Positions 8,420-17,878 of a stretch of 64,000 nucleotides of DNA are shown here, piece by piece. This DNA is from Armatimonadota bacterium (GTDB lineage: Bacteria > Armatimonadota > UBA5829 > DTJY01). Position 1 is the first letter of the stretch; every line of letters starts with the position of its first letter. The stretch lies in contig JAGONM010000006.1 of the NCBI GenBank assembly GCA_017993055.1, positions 868 to 64,867 of the forward strand, in the 5' to 3' direction. The notes below the pieces were generated by a model. It was not told the DNA's origin and made no database searches. It saw only the letters and a program-made list of their open reading frames with translations. The position numbers were made by a program, and so were the translations under genes.

Positions 8420-11227
8420 CTATTGGTACTCCACTGTGAATCGGACGAAGTCGCTCGAGCTCGAGTAGCTCGAGGTCCTCGTCACGTACTGTCTCAGCCT
8501 GATTCCTCCGGTCGAAGAGATGTAGGCCGCGGGCGAGGTGGTGGTCCAGTTCACGGTAGTGTCGGTCGTGCCCACCGTGCGGCTGTCTATCTGCACCCAC
8601 GAAGACGTGGTCCAGTTGTACGCGTAGAGCTTCTGATTGAGCGAAGCGGAGAGCTTGCCGTCGAAGGTCAGCGTCAGCTTGCTGACACTCGCCGGGGCCT
8701 CCGATATCGTCACCGCGGCGTACCAGTCGACCAGGTAGTTCTTGCTGACCCTGGCCGCGTTGAGGACGTAGTACGACGAGTCGTTGGCCGCGAGATTGCC
8801 GACTCCTCCGGACACCACGGTACCCCTGGTTCTCGTGATGGATGTCGGGGCATAGTTCTTCACCTGCACGCCGCCTGGAGTCGTCGCCTGGGCCGGGCCG
8901 CTCTGTGCAGATTCGTTAGCCGCCGCATCGTACGCGCTCACCGTGTAGGTGTAGGTCGTGCTCGGCGAACAAGTGGTGTCGGAGTAGCTGGTGGTCCCAC
9001 TCGTGCCGATCTGCGACCCTCCGCGGAAGACCTTGTACCCCGCCACTCCGACGTTGTCGGTCGAAGCGTTCCAGGTCAGGTTGATCTGGGTCTGCGAGAC
9101 CGCAGTGGCCGTGAGGCCGGTCGGAACCGTAGGGGCCTGCGTGTCGGGCGCGCAGTAGACGAACTTCACCGCGTCGGCCATGACGTTCAGCGACGTCTCG
9201 TTGGTCCCGTTTCCGAGTTTTATGTATCCTGCGGTGCCGACTGCAAACGGCTTGGCGGCGGCGAGGAGATTCCACTGCCCGCCTCCTGTCTGCTGGTTCA
9301 CGTTCACAGTTTGGCTGCCGCCGTTCCAGTAGACCGTGTATGGGGCCTTGGTCGAGCGGTTGCTCCCCTGCGGGTACCAGCAGTACGTGTCGTAGCTGCC
9401 CGCCGTGAGGATGCTCGGCGTCCATCTCGCCCACTTCGTCTCGCTGGTGGCCGTGGTGCAGTAATAGTAGTCGCTGCCGTACTTGTCAGTTGCGGCAGTA
9501 CCCGTGGTCCACGCCCCGGAGAGCGTGCAGGCCGGGTTGTCTATGATGATGTCGGCGACGGTGTCGCCGGCGGCGGTCGTGAACGTGTAGTCGCCCGACA
9601 CGGCCTGGTTGCCGGCGCCGTCCTTCGACTTGACGCGATAGTGATAGAGCGTGCTCGCGGTCAGGCCGGTTAGCTGTACCGTGTGAGAAGTGACTAGCGC
9701 GGGATTCTCGGTGGTCAGACTGCCGTAAGATGTGGTCGGCCCATACTCCACCTGGCTTGTCGCGGCCTCGTCGGTCGCCCACTGAATCTTGGCGTTCGTC
9801 GCCTGCACGTCAGTCGCCCCTACACCCGAGATCATCGGGGGCGCGGCGTCCGTTCCGACAACGAGGTTGAGAGTCGCAACCTGCCCGGCCGTGATCGTGA
9901 CTTGACCGGTGCCGTTCGTATAGCCTGCCGCCGAAGCCGTCACGGTATACGTTCCGGGGGCAAGGTCCACGAAGCCGTAGAACCCCGTGCCGCTGTTCTT
10001 CGCGGACTGGGTGGACACCGTCACGGTCGCCGGGTAGACGACCGCGCCGGAGGAGTTCTTGACCGTCCCCTTCAGGAACCCGAGGGTCGGGCTGGCTATC
10101 CAGCTCATGGTCGGCACTGCCTGCGGAGTCGCAAACGGGCCCGCCAGCAGCGCGGCCTTGAAGGCGTCCCTGTCTACGGTGCCGCTGTTCGTCACCCTGT
10201 AGCTGTAAGCCTGTACGCCCGGCAGCGGCTTGGCCTGCGCGTAGGCGATCTGCGTCATGGAGTTGGAGACCGTGTTCAGGTACGACCCCTGGGCAACGTA
10301 GATGTGATGGCCGTACTGCTGGTTGGCGTACGTGTCGACCCAGCCGTTGAAGGTGCTGTTTGTGGCCGTGTAGGCCATCGGGCTTCCGTAGTCCAGGTAG
10401 TGCTTCTGCATCCAGAGGTCCCAGTTCTGGAAGTAGGTGTTGCTGCCCGTGGTCGAGGAGTTCCATATCGCGGCGCCCATCTTGATGGTCGGCTTGACCG
10501 CCTTGGCCTCAAGGTACATTCTCTTGACCAGGTTTGTCACCTGGTCGCGCCTCCAGTTGGACCACTGAGCGTCGCCGCTCGAAGGCTGTCCCGAGAGACC
10601 GTACTCCGCGTTGTATCGAGCCACGGAGGTGGGGTTGTAGCCCCAAGTCGTGCCCGGGTAGCGGATGTAGTCAAGGCAGAAACCGTCAATGTCGTAGTTG
10701 TTGATGATCTCCATGAACACGTTGGTGTGCCAGTTCTCGACTTCCGGGTGCCCGAAGTCCAGGTAGCTCATGTTGCTCCCGTCGAACATCGCGCCGGTGT
10801 CGGTGAGGGAGAACCACTCCGGGTGCGTGTTGAAGACGTGGTTGGGTACTGTGGTCGCGGGAGGAGTCTGGCTGGTCCATACGCGTCCGACCACCACCCA
10901 TGCGTGGACCTCCAACCCCCGCGCATGGGCCTTCGCCACGATGTCCGCCAGGCAGTCGTAACCTGCTTGCGGCGTGACGTTGATCCCCGTCGGCTCGTAC
11001 GACGAGGTGTAGTAAGCGTCACCTCGCTTGCGCATCTCGACGATGACGGTGTTGGCGTTGCACGCCGCTGCGTAGTCGAGCATGGCGGTGGTCGCCGTCG
11101 GGTTTTCATAGCCCGACCCCCAGGCGTCTACCCAGAACGCCCGGTGCTCGGCGGCTCCTGCGGGTGCGGCAGCGCACGCGAGAGCCAGCGCGAGCAGAAG
11201 AATCACTGCCCATTTCGTGTCCGACAT
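8420..11227 (-). CDS. secreted GH10-like (GHL10/YngK-type) glycosyl hydrolase with CarboxypepD_reg-like, two FN3 and a DIIIDN-type domain
   Basis: I place the start at an internal ATG (MSDTKWAVILLLALALACAAAPAGA signal peptide, GGAG RBS) rather than the ORF-track start. HRAFWVDAWGSGY...LEVHAWVVVGRVW is typical of the GHL10 TIM barrel. The downstream modules were recognised by motif. Confidence 0.8.
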   Translation of the reverse strand: MSDTKWAVILLLALALACAAAPAGAAEHRAFWVDAWGSGYENPTATTAMLDYAAACNANTVIVEMRKRGDAYYTSSYEPTGINVTPQAGYDCLADIVAKAHARGLEVHAWVVVGRVWTSQTPPATTVPNHVFNTHPEWFSLTDTGAMFDGSNMSYLDFGHPEVENWHTNVFMEIINNYDIDGFCLDYIRYPGTTWGYNPTSVARYNAEYGLSGQPSSGDAQWSNWRRDQVTNLVKRMYLEAKAVKPTIKMGAAIWNSSTTGSNTYFQNWDLWMQKHYLDYGSPMAYTATNSTFNGWVDTYANQQYGHHIYVAQGSYLNTVSNSMTQIAYAQAKPLPGVQAYSYRVTNSGTVDRDAFKAALLAGPFATPQAVPTMSWIASPTLGFLKGTVKNSSGAVVYPATVTVSTQSAKNSGTGFYGFVDLAPGTYTVTASAAGYTNGTGQVTITAGQVATLNLVVGTDAAPPMISGVGATDVQATNAKIQWATDEAATSQVEYGPTTSYGSLTTENPALVTSHTVQLTGLTASTLYHYRVKSKDGAGNQAVSGDYTFTTAAGDTVADIIIDNPACTLSGAWTTGTAATDKYGSDYYYCTTATSETKWARWTPSILTAGSYDTYCWYPQGSNRSTKAPYTVYWNGGSQTVNVNQQTGGGQWNLLAAAKPFAVGTAGYIKLGNGTNETSLNVMADAVKFVYCAPDTQAPTVPTGLTATAVSQTQINLTWNASTDNVGVAGYKVFRGGSQIGTSGTTSYSDTTCSPSTTYTYTVSAYDAAANESAQSGPAQATTPGGVQVKNYAPTSITRTRGTVVSGGVGNLAANDSSYYVLNAARVSKNYLVDWYAAVTISEAPASVSKLTLTFDGKLSASLNQKLYAYNWTTSSWVQIDSRTVGTTDTTVNWTTTSPAAYISSTGGIRLRQYVTRTSSYSSSSDFVRFTVEYQ

Positions 11228-11726
11228 CTGATAGCACTCCTTTCGATGGTCGGGGGAGCCCATCTCGCTCCCGATAGCGAAGCTGATAGTGGAGAGACTG
11301 GTGTGTTGCACCCGCCGCGGCGCAAACCGGCGAGATTCGGGCGTGGGCCTGCCGGGAGACACGAACGGCGCGGTGCGGAAGATGCTTGTGAGAGATGTTG
11401 GATCGGGCCTCCGCGCGCAAACTCTGCACGGACGCCGGTGTTGAGGATCAGTCGTGCTTGGTCTTGCATGGCGAAAGAAACGCGGCTGGTCGAATGAGCC
11501 CTTCCCGGGTCCTTGTGTCTCCGGGCGCGATCTTCCGAAGCGCGCTGGATGTTCCGCCGGGCCCGCGCGGTTCATGCTCTCGTTCGAGCTCACCCGCACA
11601 GGACTCGGCCAGTCAGCGCACTATCCCTGTGAAACATTTTCTACCATACTCTCCAAAATGTCAAGTGCCCGCAGCAGTTTTTTTCGGTCGCTCGCATGAA
11701 GGCGTTCGGTTACCCGTCCGACCGCA

Positions 11727-11755
11727 TTGACAGATCAGACCTCGCGGTGTAATCT
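11727..11755 (+). promoter_or_regulatory. sigma70-like promoter (TTGACA-17-TAATCT)
   Basis: Consensus -35 with a 17-nt spacer and a good -10, about 35 nt upstream of the GGAGG RBS of the 11790 gene. Confidence 0.4.
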
Positions 11756-11789
11756 GTCGGCGGGTCCGCACGAAGGAGGTGCGTCCAAA

Positions 11790-12863
11790 TTGCCGTTCAC
11801 TCTGTCGCGGGGGTTCCTGCTGTTCTCTCTCGTCCTGCTCTTTGTTCCGGGAGCGAGTGCCGAAGACCAAGGCAACTCGGCGGCCGAACTGGCGACCACC
11901 GGACGCCGGCTGGAGGGCGTCGGGAAGCTGAAGTGGACCGACGGAATGTGCACGTTCATCGGATCGCTGAACGCCTGCCTGAACTATGTTGGGGAGAAGA
12001 CGACATATCCTTATCTGATGGGTGTCTCTGGGGCGGCGTTTGCCACTCGCTTCCATCCGGCATGGTCCGCTTCCTCCGCCGACGCCGCGCTTGACGATCG
12101 GCACGCCTCTTTCGCGCTGGCGGCCGTCGGTTACTCGTACTCCTGGTCGGACGGCGGCCGTGAGGCCGTGGTGCGCGGTATAGACGCCGGAGTGCCGGTG
12201 GTTGCAGCCGGGCTCTCCCGGTCGAACCACTGGGGCTTGGTGACGGGCTACAGGTTCGACGGGGAGTCGTTTCTCTGCCGGCGGTACGGAGACGAGTCCG
12301 ACGACTACTCGGCCAGCGACAAGGTCCCCTCCAACGCGTTGGTCCTTCTTCGGAGGCGCGAAGCACCCTCTATCGTCCGCGGCGCCCGTGACTCCGTCGC
12401 GCGGGCCGTCGGGTTTGCCCGAGGCGATACTGAGCCGAAGGACGCAGGGTACGCCGCCGGTTTTGCCGCGATGGACGCCTGGATCGAAGCCTTGAGATCA
12501 CGGAGGCTGCGCTCGATGTCGGGGAAGGATCTCGAGTCCACAGCGACCGTCAACGCGTGGCTGTTCAACAGCCTCATAGACGCCAGATACGCGGCGGTGA
12601 CCTATCTCAACTGGGTGGCTACCGTGGCCAAGGGTGACGCAAGAGCCTCCTGCGCTGAGGCGGCGTCTCTATACGGGCAGGAAGTGGACGTCCTGAAGGA
12701 GGCGCGCGCCTGCGTCAGATACCCGCAGAACGTGGCGTCGGGCCCGAAGTGGTCCGTTGAGACGCGCGCGTGCCAGGCGGAAGCACTCCGTAACGCGCTG
12801 GTGAAGGAGAGAGCCGCCGTAGAGGCTCTGGAGCGGGCGCTCGCCGATCCCGACGGGTGGTAG
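11790..12863 (+). CDS. hypothetical secreted protein
   Basis: I place a TTG start at MPFTLSRGFLLFSLVLLFVPGASA (a classic signal peptide) 8 nt downstream of GAAGGAGGTG. A sigma70-like promoter lies at 11727-11755. No recognisable domain. Confidence 0.5.
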   Translation: MPFTLSRGFLLFSLVLLFVPGASAEDQGNSAAELATTGRRLEGVGKLKWTDGMCTFIGSLNACLNYVGEKTTYPYLMGVSGAAFATRFHPAWSASSADAALDDRHASFALAAVGYSYSWSDGGREAVVRGIDAGVPVVAAGLSRSNHWGLVTGYRFDGESFLCRRYGDESDDYSASDKVPSNALVLLRRREAPSIVRGARDSVARAVGFARGDTEPKDAGYAAGFAAMDAWIEALRSRRLRSMSGKDLESTATVNAWLFNSLIDARYAAVTYLNWVATVAKGDARASCAEAASLYGQEVDVLKEARACVRYPQNVASGPKWSVETRACQAEALRNALVKERAAVEALERALADPDGW

Positions 12864-12896
12864 AGGCGATGCCGTGAGCGACGCCGGCCTGGCAGT

Positions 12897-13907
12897 TCAG
12901 GCCGCCGAGGGCGGTCTTTCGCGCAGGCACTCTGCAGGCAGCGTCGCATCGAGCCGCGCCTCGATCTGACCCGTGATCTCGACCCCTGCTGCGTCGAGCG
13001 CCAGCAGCAGCGCGCCGACGACTGGCTCGTACCTCGGCGTGATCACCCGTGCCTTCGGTGCGACGGGCAAGATCGTCTGCTTGACCGTCTCGATCAGCAG
13101 AGGCCCCTTGCCCTTGAAGACGCTTCCGGCGAGAACCACCTCGAGTTCCTCTTCGCAGAGGTCCAGTTTCCTGATGAGGGCGTTTGCGGAGACGCCGGCC
13201 TCTCTGCCGAACCGCACGATAAGTTCCCTCGCGACCTCGTCTCCATCGAAGGCCGCCTCGAAGCATATCGGGCAGAGTCCGGGAATCCTCTGATGCGGTT
13301 CGCGGTTGTAGTAGAGGTATCGCGCAAGCTCGTACAGGTCTTCGTAGCCGAAGAACTCAAGCACCTTCTGCTCCAGAACGGTCTTCCTGCCGCGGCCGTC
13401 CCACGATCGGTAGGCATGATGCAGCACCTCCCGGGCTATGGTGTGCCCTCCGCCGACGTCGCCGTACAGAAAGCCCTCCGATATGTACCGTACCTCTCGG
13501 CCGTCAAGGCCTATCCCCGCCCCGTTGAAACCGCTGCCCATTATCACGCAGACCCCGTACGGGCGAGTGACGCCCGCCCGCAGGCCCGCGATTGAGTCGT
13601 TCTTTACAGTGCATTCTCGGGCGACGTGAAGGTCCTCCATCGCCTCGGTGAGCATCTCAAAGTCCTCGGGGTAGAAGTCCGCTCCCGCAAGGGCGAACAC
13701 TCCGTGCCGGACATCGGATTTCTCAGGCCCGCCCTGACGGAGGGCCCGCTCGACGCACTTCAGTATGTTCACCTTCGCGGTCTGCAGGCCGACGACTTCG
13801 TAGCTGCCCGGTCCGGCCTTTCCGAACCCGACGATCGTGCCGTCCATGTCGGCCGCAAGGCAGAACGACTTGCTGCCTCCCGCATCAACGCCGATGACGT
13901 AACTCAC
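12897..13907 (-). CDS. BadF/BadG/BcrA/BcrD-type ATPase (N-acetylglucosamine kinase-like sugar kinase)
   Basis: N-terminal YVIGVDAGGSKSFCLAADMDGTIVGFGKAGPGS is the ASKHA-fold phosphate-1 motif of NagK/BadF kinases. Adjacent to the GH4 gene with a 13-nt gap. Confidence 0.7.
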   Translation of the reverse strand: MSYVIGVDAGGSKSFCLAADMDGTIVGFGKAGPGSYEVVGLQTAKVNILKCVERALRQGGPEKSDVRHGVFALAGADFYPEDFEMLTEAMEDLHVARECTVKNDSIAGLRAGVTRPYGVCVIMGSGFNGAGIGLDGREVRYISEGFLYGDVGGGHTIAREVLHHAYRSWDGRGRKTVLEQKVLEFFGYEDLYELARYLYYNREPHQRIPGLCPICFEAAFDGDEVARELIVRFGREAGVSANALIRKLDLCEEELEVVLAGSVFKGKGPLLIETVKQTILPVAPKARVITPRYEPVVGALLLALDAAGVEITGQIEARLDATLPAECLRERPPSAA

Positions 13908-13920
13908 GTAAACCTCCGGA

Positions 13921-15204
13921 TCACCTTCCAGCCGTCCTGAACTGCGGCAGATACTCAGCGTTAGCCTCGAGTATCCTGTCCAGCAGGGACTTCGCCGTCG
14001 TGTAGGACGGGACCAGCGGGTGCGACACCAGCGCCTGCAGGGCGGTCCGCCGCGACCCGGTTACAGCCGCCCGAACCGCTAGTTCCTCGTACGATTTCAC
14101 TGCCTGCAGCAGCCCGCGAATCTCCAGTGGAACATCTCCTATCGCCAGGGGATGCGCCCCCGAGCCGTCCACCACGCAGTTCGTCTCGATCGCGCACTCG
14201 GACGGCAGGCAGGGAATCGTGCTCCCGTTCCGTGTGTTGACTATGTGCAGTTCCTTCTTGTCGTTGTAGATCGCGCTGGCCAGGGATACTGCGGCGGTCG
14301 AGTAATGGGCGCCGCCGCGTTTCTCGAGCTCCTTCGGCTTCTTCTTCAAGTTCGGATCCTTGTACTTCTCGATCAGAGCGGCCTCGACTTCCGACACGAT
14401 GTCCCCGCGGGTCTTCCCGGTCTTCATGAGCGCTTCGAACACCTTGTCCCTCGCGTAGTAGTAATGCAGGTATCCGTTCGGGATCATACCGTACGTTCTC
14501 ATCCACGCGCGGTCCTCCTTCGGCCGGCCCGCGAGCGACTTCCTGACGGCTTCCTTGGTAACGTCCTTGCCCTTGACCGTGACCTTCGTGACCCAGCTGA
14601 GGTGGTTCAGCCCGACATACGCGAGGAGCAGGTCCTCCGGCCGAGCTGCGAGCTTCGTAGCGAGGCTCTTCGTCATACCGATCGGGACGTTGCAGAGGCC
14701 GATCACCTTGGTCTTCGTGTGCTTGAGAAGCGCCTCGGTCATGATGCCGCTCGGATTGGTGAAGTTGATCCACCATGCATCCGGCGCGAGCTTCTCGATG
14801 TCACGGGCGATGTCGAGCATGACCGGGACCGTCCGGAGCGCCTTCGCGAACCCGCCCGGACCGGTGGTCTCCTGACCGAGGATTCCGAATTCGAGCGGTA
14901 TGTGCTCGTCCCTGATGCGGGCGGGTATGCCGCCGACCCTGATCTGTGTCACGACGAAGTCCGCGCCCTCCAGGGCCTTGCGGCGGTCGGTGACGAGCTG
15001 CACTCTGGCTCCGGTTCCGGCCTTCTCGACCATCCGCGCCGCAAGGCCGCCGACGATCTTGAGCTTCGCCTTGTCAATGTCCATCAGAGCGATGCTCGTG
15101 GCCGGCAGTTCCCTCCTCCGCTTGATGAACCCCTCGATCAGCTCCGGGGTATATGTGCTTCCCGCACCGATCACGCAGATCTTCAACGCATCCATACCAT
15201 CCAC
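13921..15204 (-). CDS. glycoside hydrolase family 4 (NAD+/Mn2+-dependent 6-phospho-glycosidase-like)
   Basis: N-terminal Rossmann motif KICVIGAGSTYTPELIEGF, typical of GH4 (CelF/MelA-like). Length ~427 aa. Confidence 0.8.
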   Translation of the reverse strand: MDGMDALKICVIGAGSTYTPELIEGFIKRRRELPATSIALMDIDKAKLKIVGGLAARMVEKAGTGARVQLVTDRRKALEGADFVVTQIRVGGIPARIRDEHIPLEFGILGQETTGPGGFAKALRTVPVMLDIARDIEKLAPDAWWINFTNPSGIMTEALLKHTKTKVIGLCNVPIGMTKSLATKLAARPEDLLLAYVGLNHLSWVTKVTVKGKDVTKEAVRKSLAGRPKEDRAWMRTYGMIPNGYLHYYYARDKVFEALMKTGKTRGDIVSEVEAALIEKYKDPNLKKKPKELEKRGGAHYSTAAVSLASAIYNDKKELHIVNTRNGSTIPCLPSECAIETNCVVDGSGAHPLAIGDVPLEIRGLLQAVKSYEELAVRAAVTGSRRTALQALVSHPLVPSYTTAKSLLDRILEANAEYLPQFRTAGR

Positions 15205-15377
15205 CGCCTCGTTATGAAGTGCAAACGCCGTGGAGAACTCTCTATGGCAACTACATGGGATATTACGTCTCGACGGCTTCTCATCCTCCTCGCAAGAACT
15301 GTCTTTCGCGGTTGCGAAGCATTGAACATCGGAGTAGAATGCAGGCGTCCGAGGCTGCTATGGGGAAGGGTATATTC

Positions 15378-16943
15378 ATGGACATGGTCCGGTCGTGGGT
15401 GCAGAAACGCGGGTATCTGTTTGCGGTTCTCTGTATCGCGAGCGCCACGGCGGTTTTCTACCCCGGCCGTGATTACTTCGCAAGACAGCAGTGGGCGCTG
15501 CTCTATCTTCCGGTGATCGTCCTTGTGGCAGGCACGAGCGGCAGCCGACCCGCGCTGGTCGCTGCGGTGCTGTCGTTTCTCGCATGGAACTACTTCTTTA
15601 TCCCGCCGTATCACACACTGGTCGTCGCAGATCCGATGGACTGGCTTTCTCTCCTGGTCTTCCTGTTGGTGGGGATCACCATGGGTATGCAGACTGTCCG
15701 CATAAGGCGCAGGGAGTTGCAGGCGCTGCTGGGCGAGAGAGAGGCCATGTTACTCAATAGATTCAGTTCGCACCTGGTCACGGAAATGAACACTGCCGGG
15801 ATGACGGATATGCTGCTGACGGAGATCGCGCAGTCTATGGGCGCGAACGCCGCTGCGCTCTATCTCTCGGACGACGAAGGGCAGTTCTCCTGTGCCGGAC
15901 GATCGCCGTCTCTTCCCGCCGACTCAGCCGACGACATCGGCAGGCTGGCCGCCTGGGTCTTTGATCATGCAGAGGCGATCGGACTTCCCGCCGGCAGGGG
16001 TTCAGCGGGGAGCGACCTCGGCGTGTGGCCGATCTCCGTCAACCACAACGACATTGTGCCGGGGAGTACTCGCAGAGACCTGTTCCTCCCCCTTCAGACC
16101 GCGTCGCGGGTTGAGGGGGTGCTCTACGTGGGAGAGAAGACCGACGGGTCGGGCTACGCCCTGCACGATGCCAGACTGCTGGTATCCATCGTCAACCAGG
16201 CCGCCGCTTTTCGCGAGAGACGCCGCCTCCAGCACGCCGCCAACCAGGCGGCTGCTCTGAAGGAGGCCGACAGGCTGAAGTCCGCGTTCATGTCCTCGAT
16301 CTCCCACGAGCTGAAGACGCCGCTTGCGGCGCTGACCGCCACGATCACCAGTCTGATCGAAGAGGATGTCGCCTGGGACCCCGATGCCATGAGGGCTGAA
16401 CTCCGCGCAGTCAGTGAGGATTTGGACCGCCTGAACGACAGCATAGGTTCTCTCCTCGATCTGTCGAGGCTGGAGTCGAATGCCTGGGTGCCGCGGATTG
16501 AACCCTGTGAGGTCGGCGATATCATCGGTCTGGCGGTCTCCAGGGTCCGGGGCAAGCACAAGGAGCGAATAGACTTCTCGGTGCCGGACGATCTGCCGCT
16601 GATCTCGGTCGATTTCCATCAATGGGCGCGAGCGCTGGAGAACATCATCGAGAATGCGCTCGCGTACAGCGATCCCGACAAGTCCGTGTGCGTCGGGGCG
16701 TCCCACGACGCGGCTGGGACCAGGATCTGGGTAGAGGATCTCGGGCCGGGTATTGGCCCGCAGGAACGGACACGTGTCTTCGAGAAGTTCTATCGAGGCG
16801 ACGCTGCCCGGAACGTGGCCTCGGGCACGGGTCTTGGTCTTGCCATCGCCAAAGAGATCGTTCAGTCCCACGGCGGTAGTATTTTTGTCGAAGACGTGCA
16901 GCCGCACGGCGCTCGGTTCGCCATTCTACTTCCTGATTCTTAG
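15378..16943 (+). CDS. kdpD: KdpD C-terminal half: 4-TM domain, GAF, HisKA and HATPase sensor histidine kinase
   Basis: TM bundle (LFAVLCIASATAVFYP...), GAF domain, H-box SHELKTPLAAL, ATPase G-boxes ([13 protein letters not shown]). It lacks the KdpD N-terminal/Usp domains, which are encoded separately at 22537..23661. The start is placed at an internal ATG after a GGGGAAGGG RBS; 15339 is an alternative. Confidence 0.85.
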   Translation: MDMVRSWVQKRGYLFAVLCIASATAVFYPGRDYFARQQWALLYLPVIVLVAGTSGSRPALVAAVLSFLAWNYFFIPPYHTLVVADPMDWLSLLVFLLVGITMGMQTVRIRRRELQALLGEREAMLLNRFSSHLVTEMNTAGMTDMLLTEIAQSMGANAAALYLSDDEGQFSCAGRSPSLPADSADDIGRLAAWVFDHAEAIGLPAGRGSAGSDLGVWPISVNHNDIVPGSTRRDLFLPLQTASRVEGVLYVGEKTDGSGYALHDARLLVSIVNQAAAFRERRRLQHAANQAAALKEADRLKSAFMSSISHELKTPLAALTATITSLIEEDVAWDPDAMRAELRAVSEDLDRLNDSIGSLLDLSRLESNAWVPRIEPCEVGDIIGLAVSRVRGKHKERIDFSVPDDLPLISVDFHQWARALENIIENALAYSDPDKSVCVGASHDAAGTRIWVEDLGPGIGPQERTRVFEKFYRGDAARNVASGTGLGLAIAKEIVQSHGGSIFVEDVQPHGARFAILLPDS

Positions 16944-16958
16944 TTGGAGCGCAGCGCG

Positions 16959-17657
16959 ATGAGCATACCTGAGAGACGCGCCAGGATTCTGGTGATTGAC
17001 GACGAAGAGCAGATTCGTCGGGCGCTCAAGACCATCCTGGCCGTGCGCCATTACGAGGTCATCCTGGCCGCCGACGGGGACGAGGGGCTCGACCTGGCAG
17101 TGGACCACAGTCCTGATCTGGTGATACTGGATCTCTCGATGCCGGGCACGAGCGGCCTCGACGTCTGCCGGGATCTGCGCGCATGGTACAATGGGCCGAT
17201 CCTCGTGCTATCCGTCCGCTCGGGGGATGCGGACAAGATCAGCGCGCTTGACCTGGGCGCCGACGACTATCTGACGAAGCCTTTTTCCGCCGGAGAACTG
17301 CTGGCGCGGATCAGGGCCCTCCTTCGACGTGCATCCGGAATCCCGGCGGCCCCTCCGGTCATATCCGCCGGGGACTTGGAGATAGATATCGCAACCCGCC
17401 GCGTTACGCGGTCCGGCGCTGACATCGAGTTGACCCGGACCGAGTTTGACATTCTCGCCTATCTTGCGCAGAATGCCGACCGGGTCGTGACCTCTAGGAT
17501 GATCCTGGAGCAGGTCTGGGGTCCCGAATACGGCGAGGACACTCAGACGCTGCGGGTGCACATCAGCCATCTTCGCAAGAAGATTGAGTCCCATTCCTCG
17601 GTCCCCCGCTACATCCTCACCGAACCGGGCGTCGGCTTCCGATTCTCCATCTCCTGA
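16959..17657 (+). CDS. kdpE: OmpR-family response regulator KdpE
   Basis: Receiver domain (ILVIDDEEQIRRAL...DLVILDLSMPG) plus a winged-helix DNA-binding domain (RVHISHLRKKIE). Immediately downstream of the KdpD kinase. Confidence 0.9.
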   Translation: MSIPERRARILVIDDEEQIRRALKTILAVRHYEVILAADGDEGLDLAVDHSPDLVILDLSMPGTSGLDVCRDLRAWYNGPILVLSVRSGDADKISALDLGADDYLTKPFSAGELLARIRALLRRASGIPAAPPVISAGDLEIDIATRRVTRSGADIELTRTEFDILAYLAQNADRVVTSRMILEQVWGPEYGEDTQTLRVHISHLRKKIESHSSVPRYILTEPGVGFRFSIS

Positions 17658-17663
17658 CCATTA

Positions 17664-17680
17664 TTTATGGAATCTTTACA
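17664..17680 (+). promoter_or_regulatory. predicted KdpE operator: direct repeat TTTATG-N5-TTTACA
   Basis: CATTATTTATGGAATCTTTACACCTGCCCG closely resembles the E. coli kdpFABC KdpE box CATTTTTATACTTTTTTTACACCCCGCCCG (half-sites TTTATA / TTTACA spaced 5 bp apart). It is centred about 60 bp upstream of the predicted TSS, as in E. coli. Confidence 0.5.
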
Positions 17681-17719
17681 CCTGCCCGACCCTGCTTAAC
17701 CTCGATTTTACCCCCATGT

Positions 17720-17728
17720 TGGTACAAT
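17720..17728 (+). promoter_or_regulatory. extended -10 promoter element (TGgTACAAT) for the kdp transcript
   Basis: TGnTAnAAT match about 45 bp downstream of the KdpE box. TSS predicted near 17735. Confidence 0.35.
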
Positions 17729-17749
17729 ACCATTGCGGAGGAAATGGAG

Positions 17750-17878
17750 ATGGTGCGGATGATTACACAACTCCTTCAAATGCTCGCACTGCTGGCCTTC
17801 CTGGGACTCTGCCGGCTGTATGTTTCCTGGCAGTTGGCCTGCTGGGGCGAGGCCTGCAGACGGCGGAGACTCAGATGA
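17750..17878 (+). CDS. candidate small hydrophobic ORF in the kdpFABC leader (42 aa)
   Basis: ATG 8 nt after GGAGG, right after the predicted TSS. It encodes MVRMITQLLQMLALLAFLGLCRLYVSWQLACWGEACRRRRLR: one TM-like segment and a basic tail. Its stop overlaps the next small ORF's start (ATGA). Speculative. Confidence 0.25.
   Translation: MVRMITQLLQMLALLAFLGLCRLYVSWQLACWGEACRRRRLR

Noticed and set aside
7261-11497. Plus-strand ORFs 7261..8439, 8423..9673 and 9902..11497
   Set aside because: They are antisense to the amidase and GHL10 genes, which carry signal peptides, RBSs and recognisable catalytic motifs on the minus strand.
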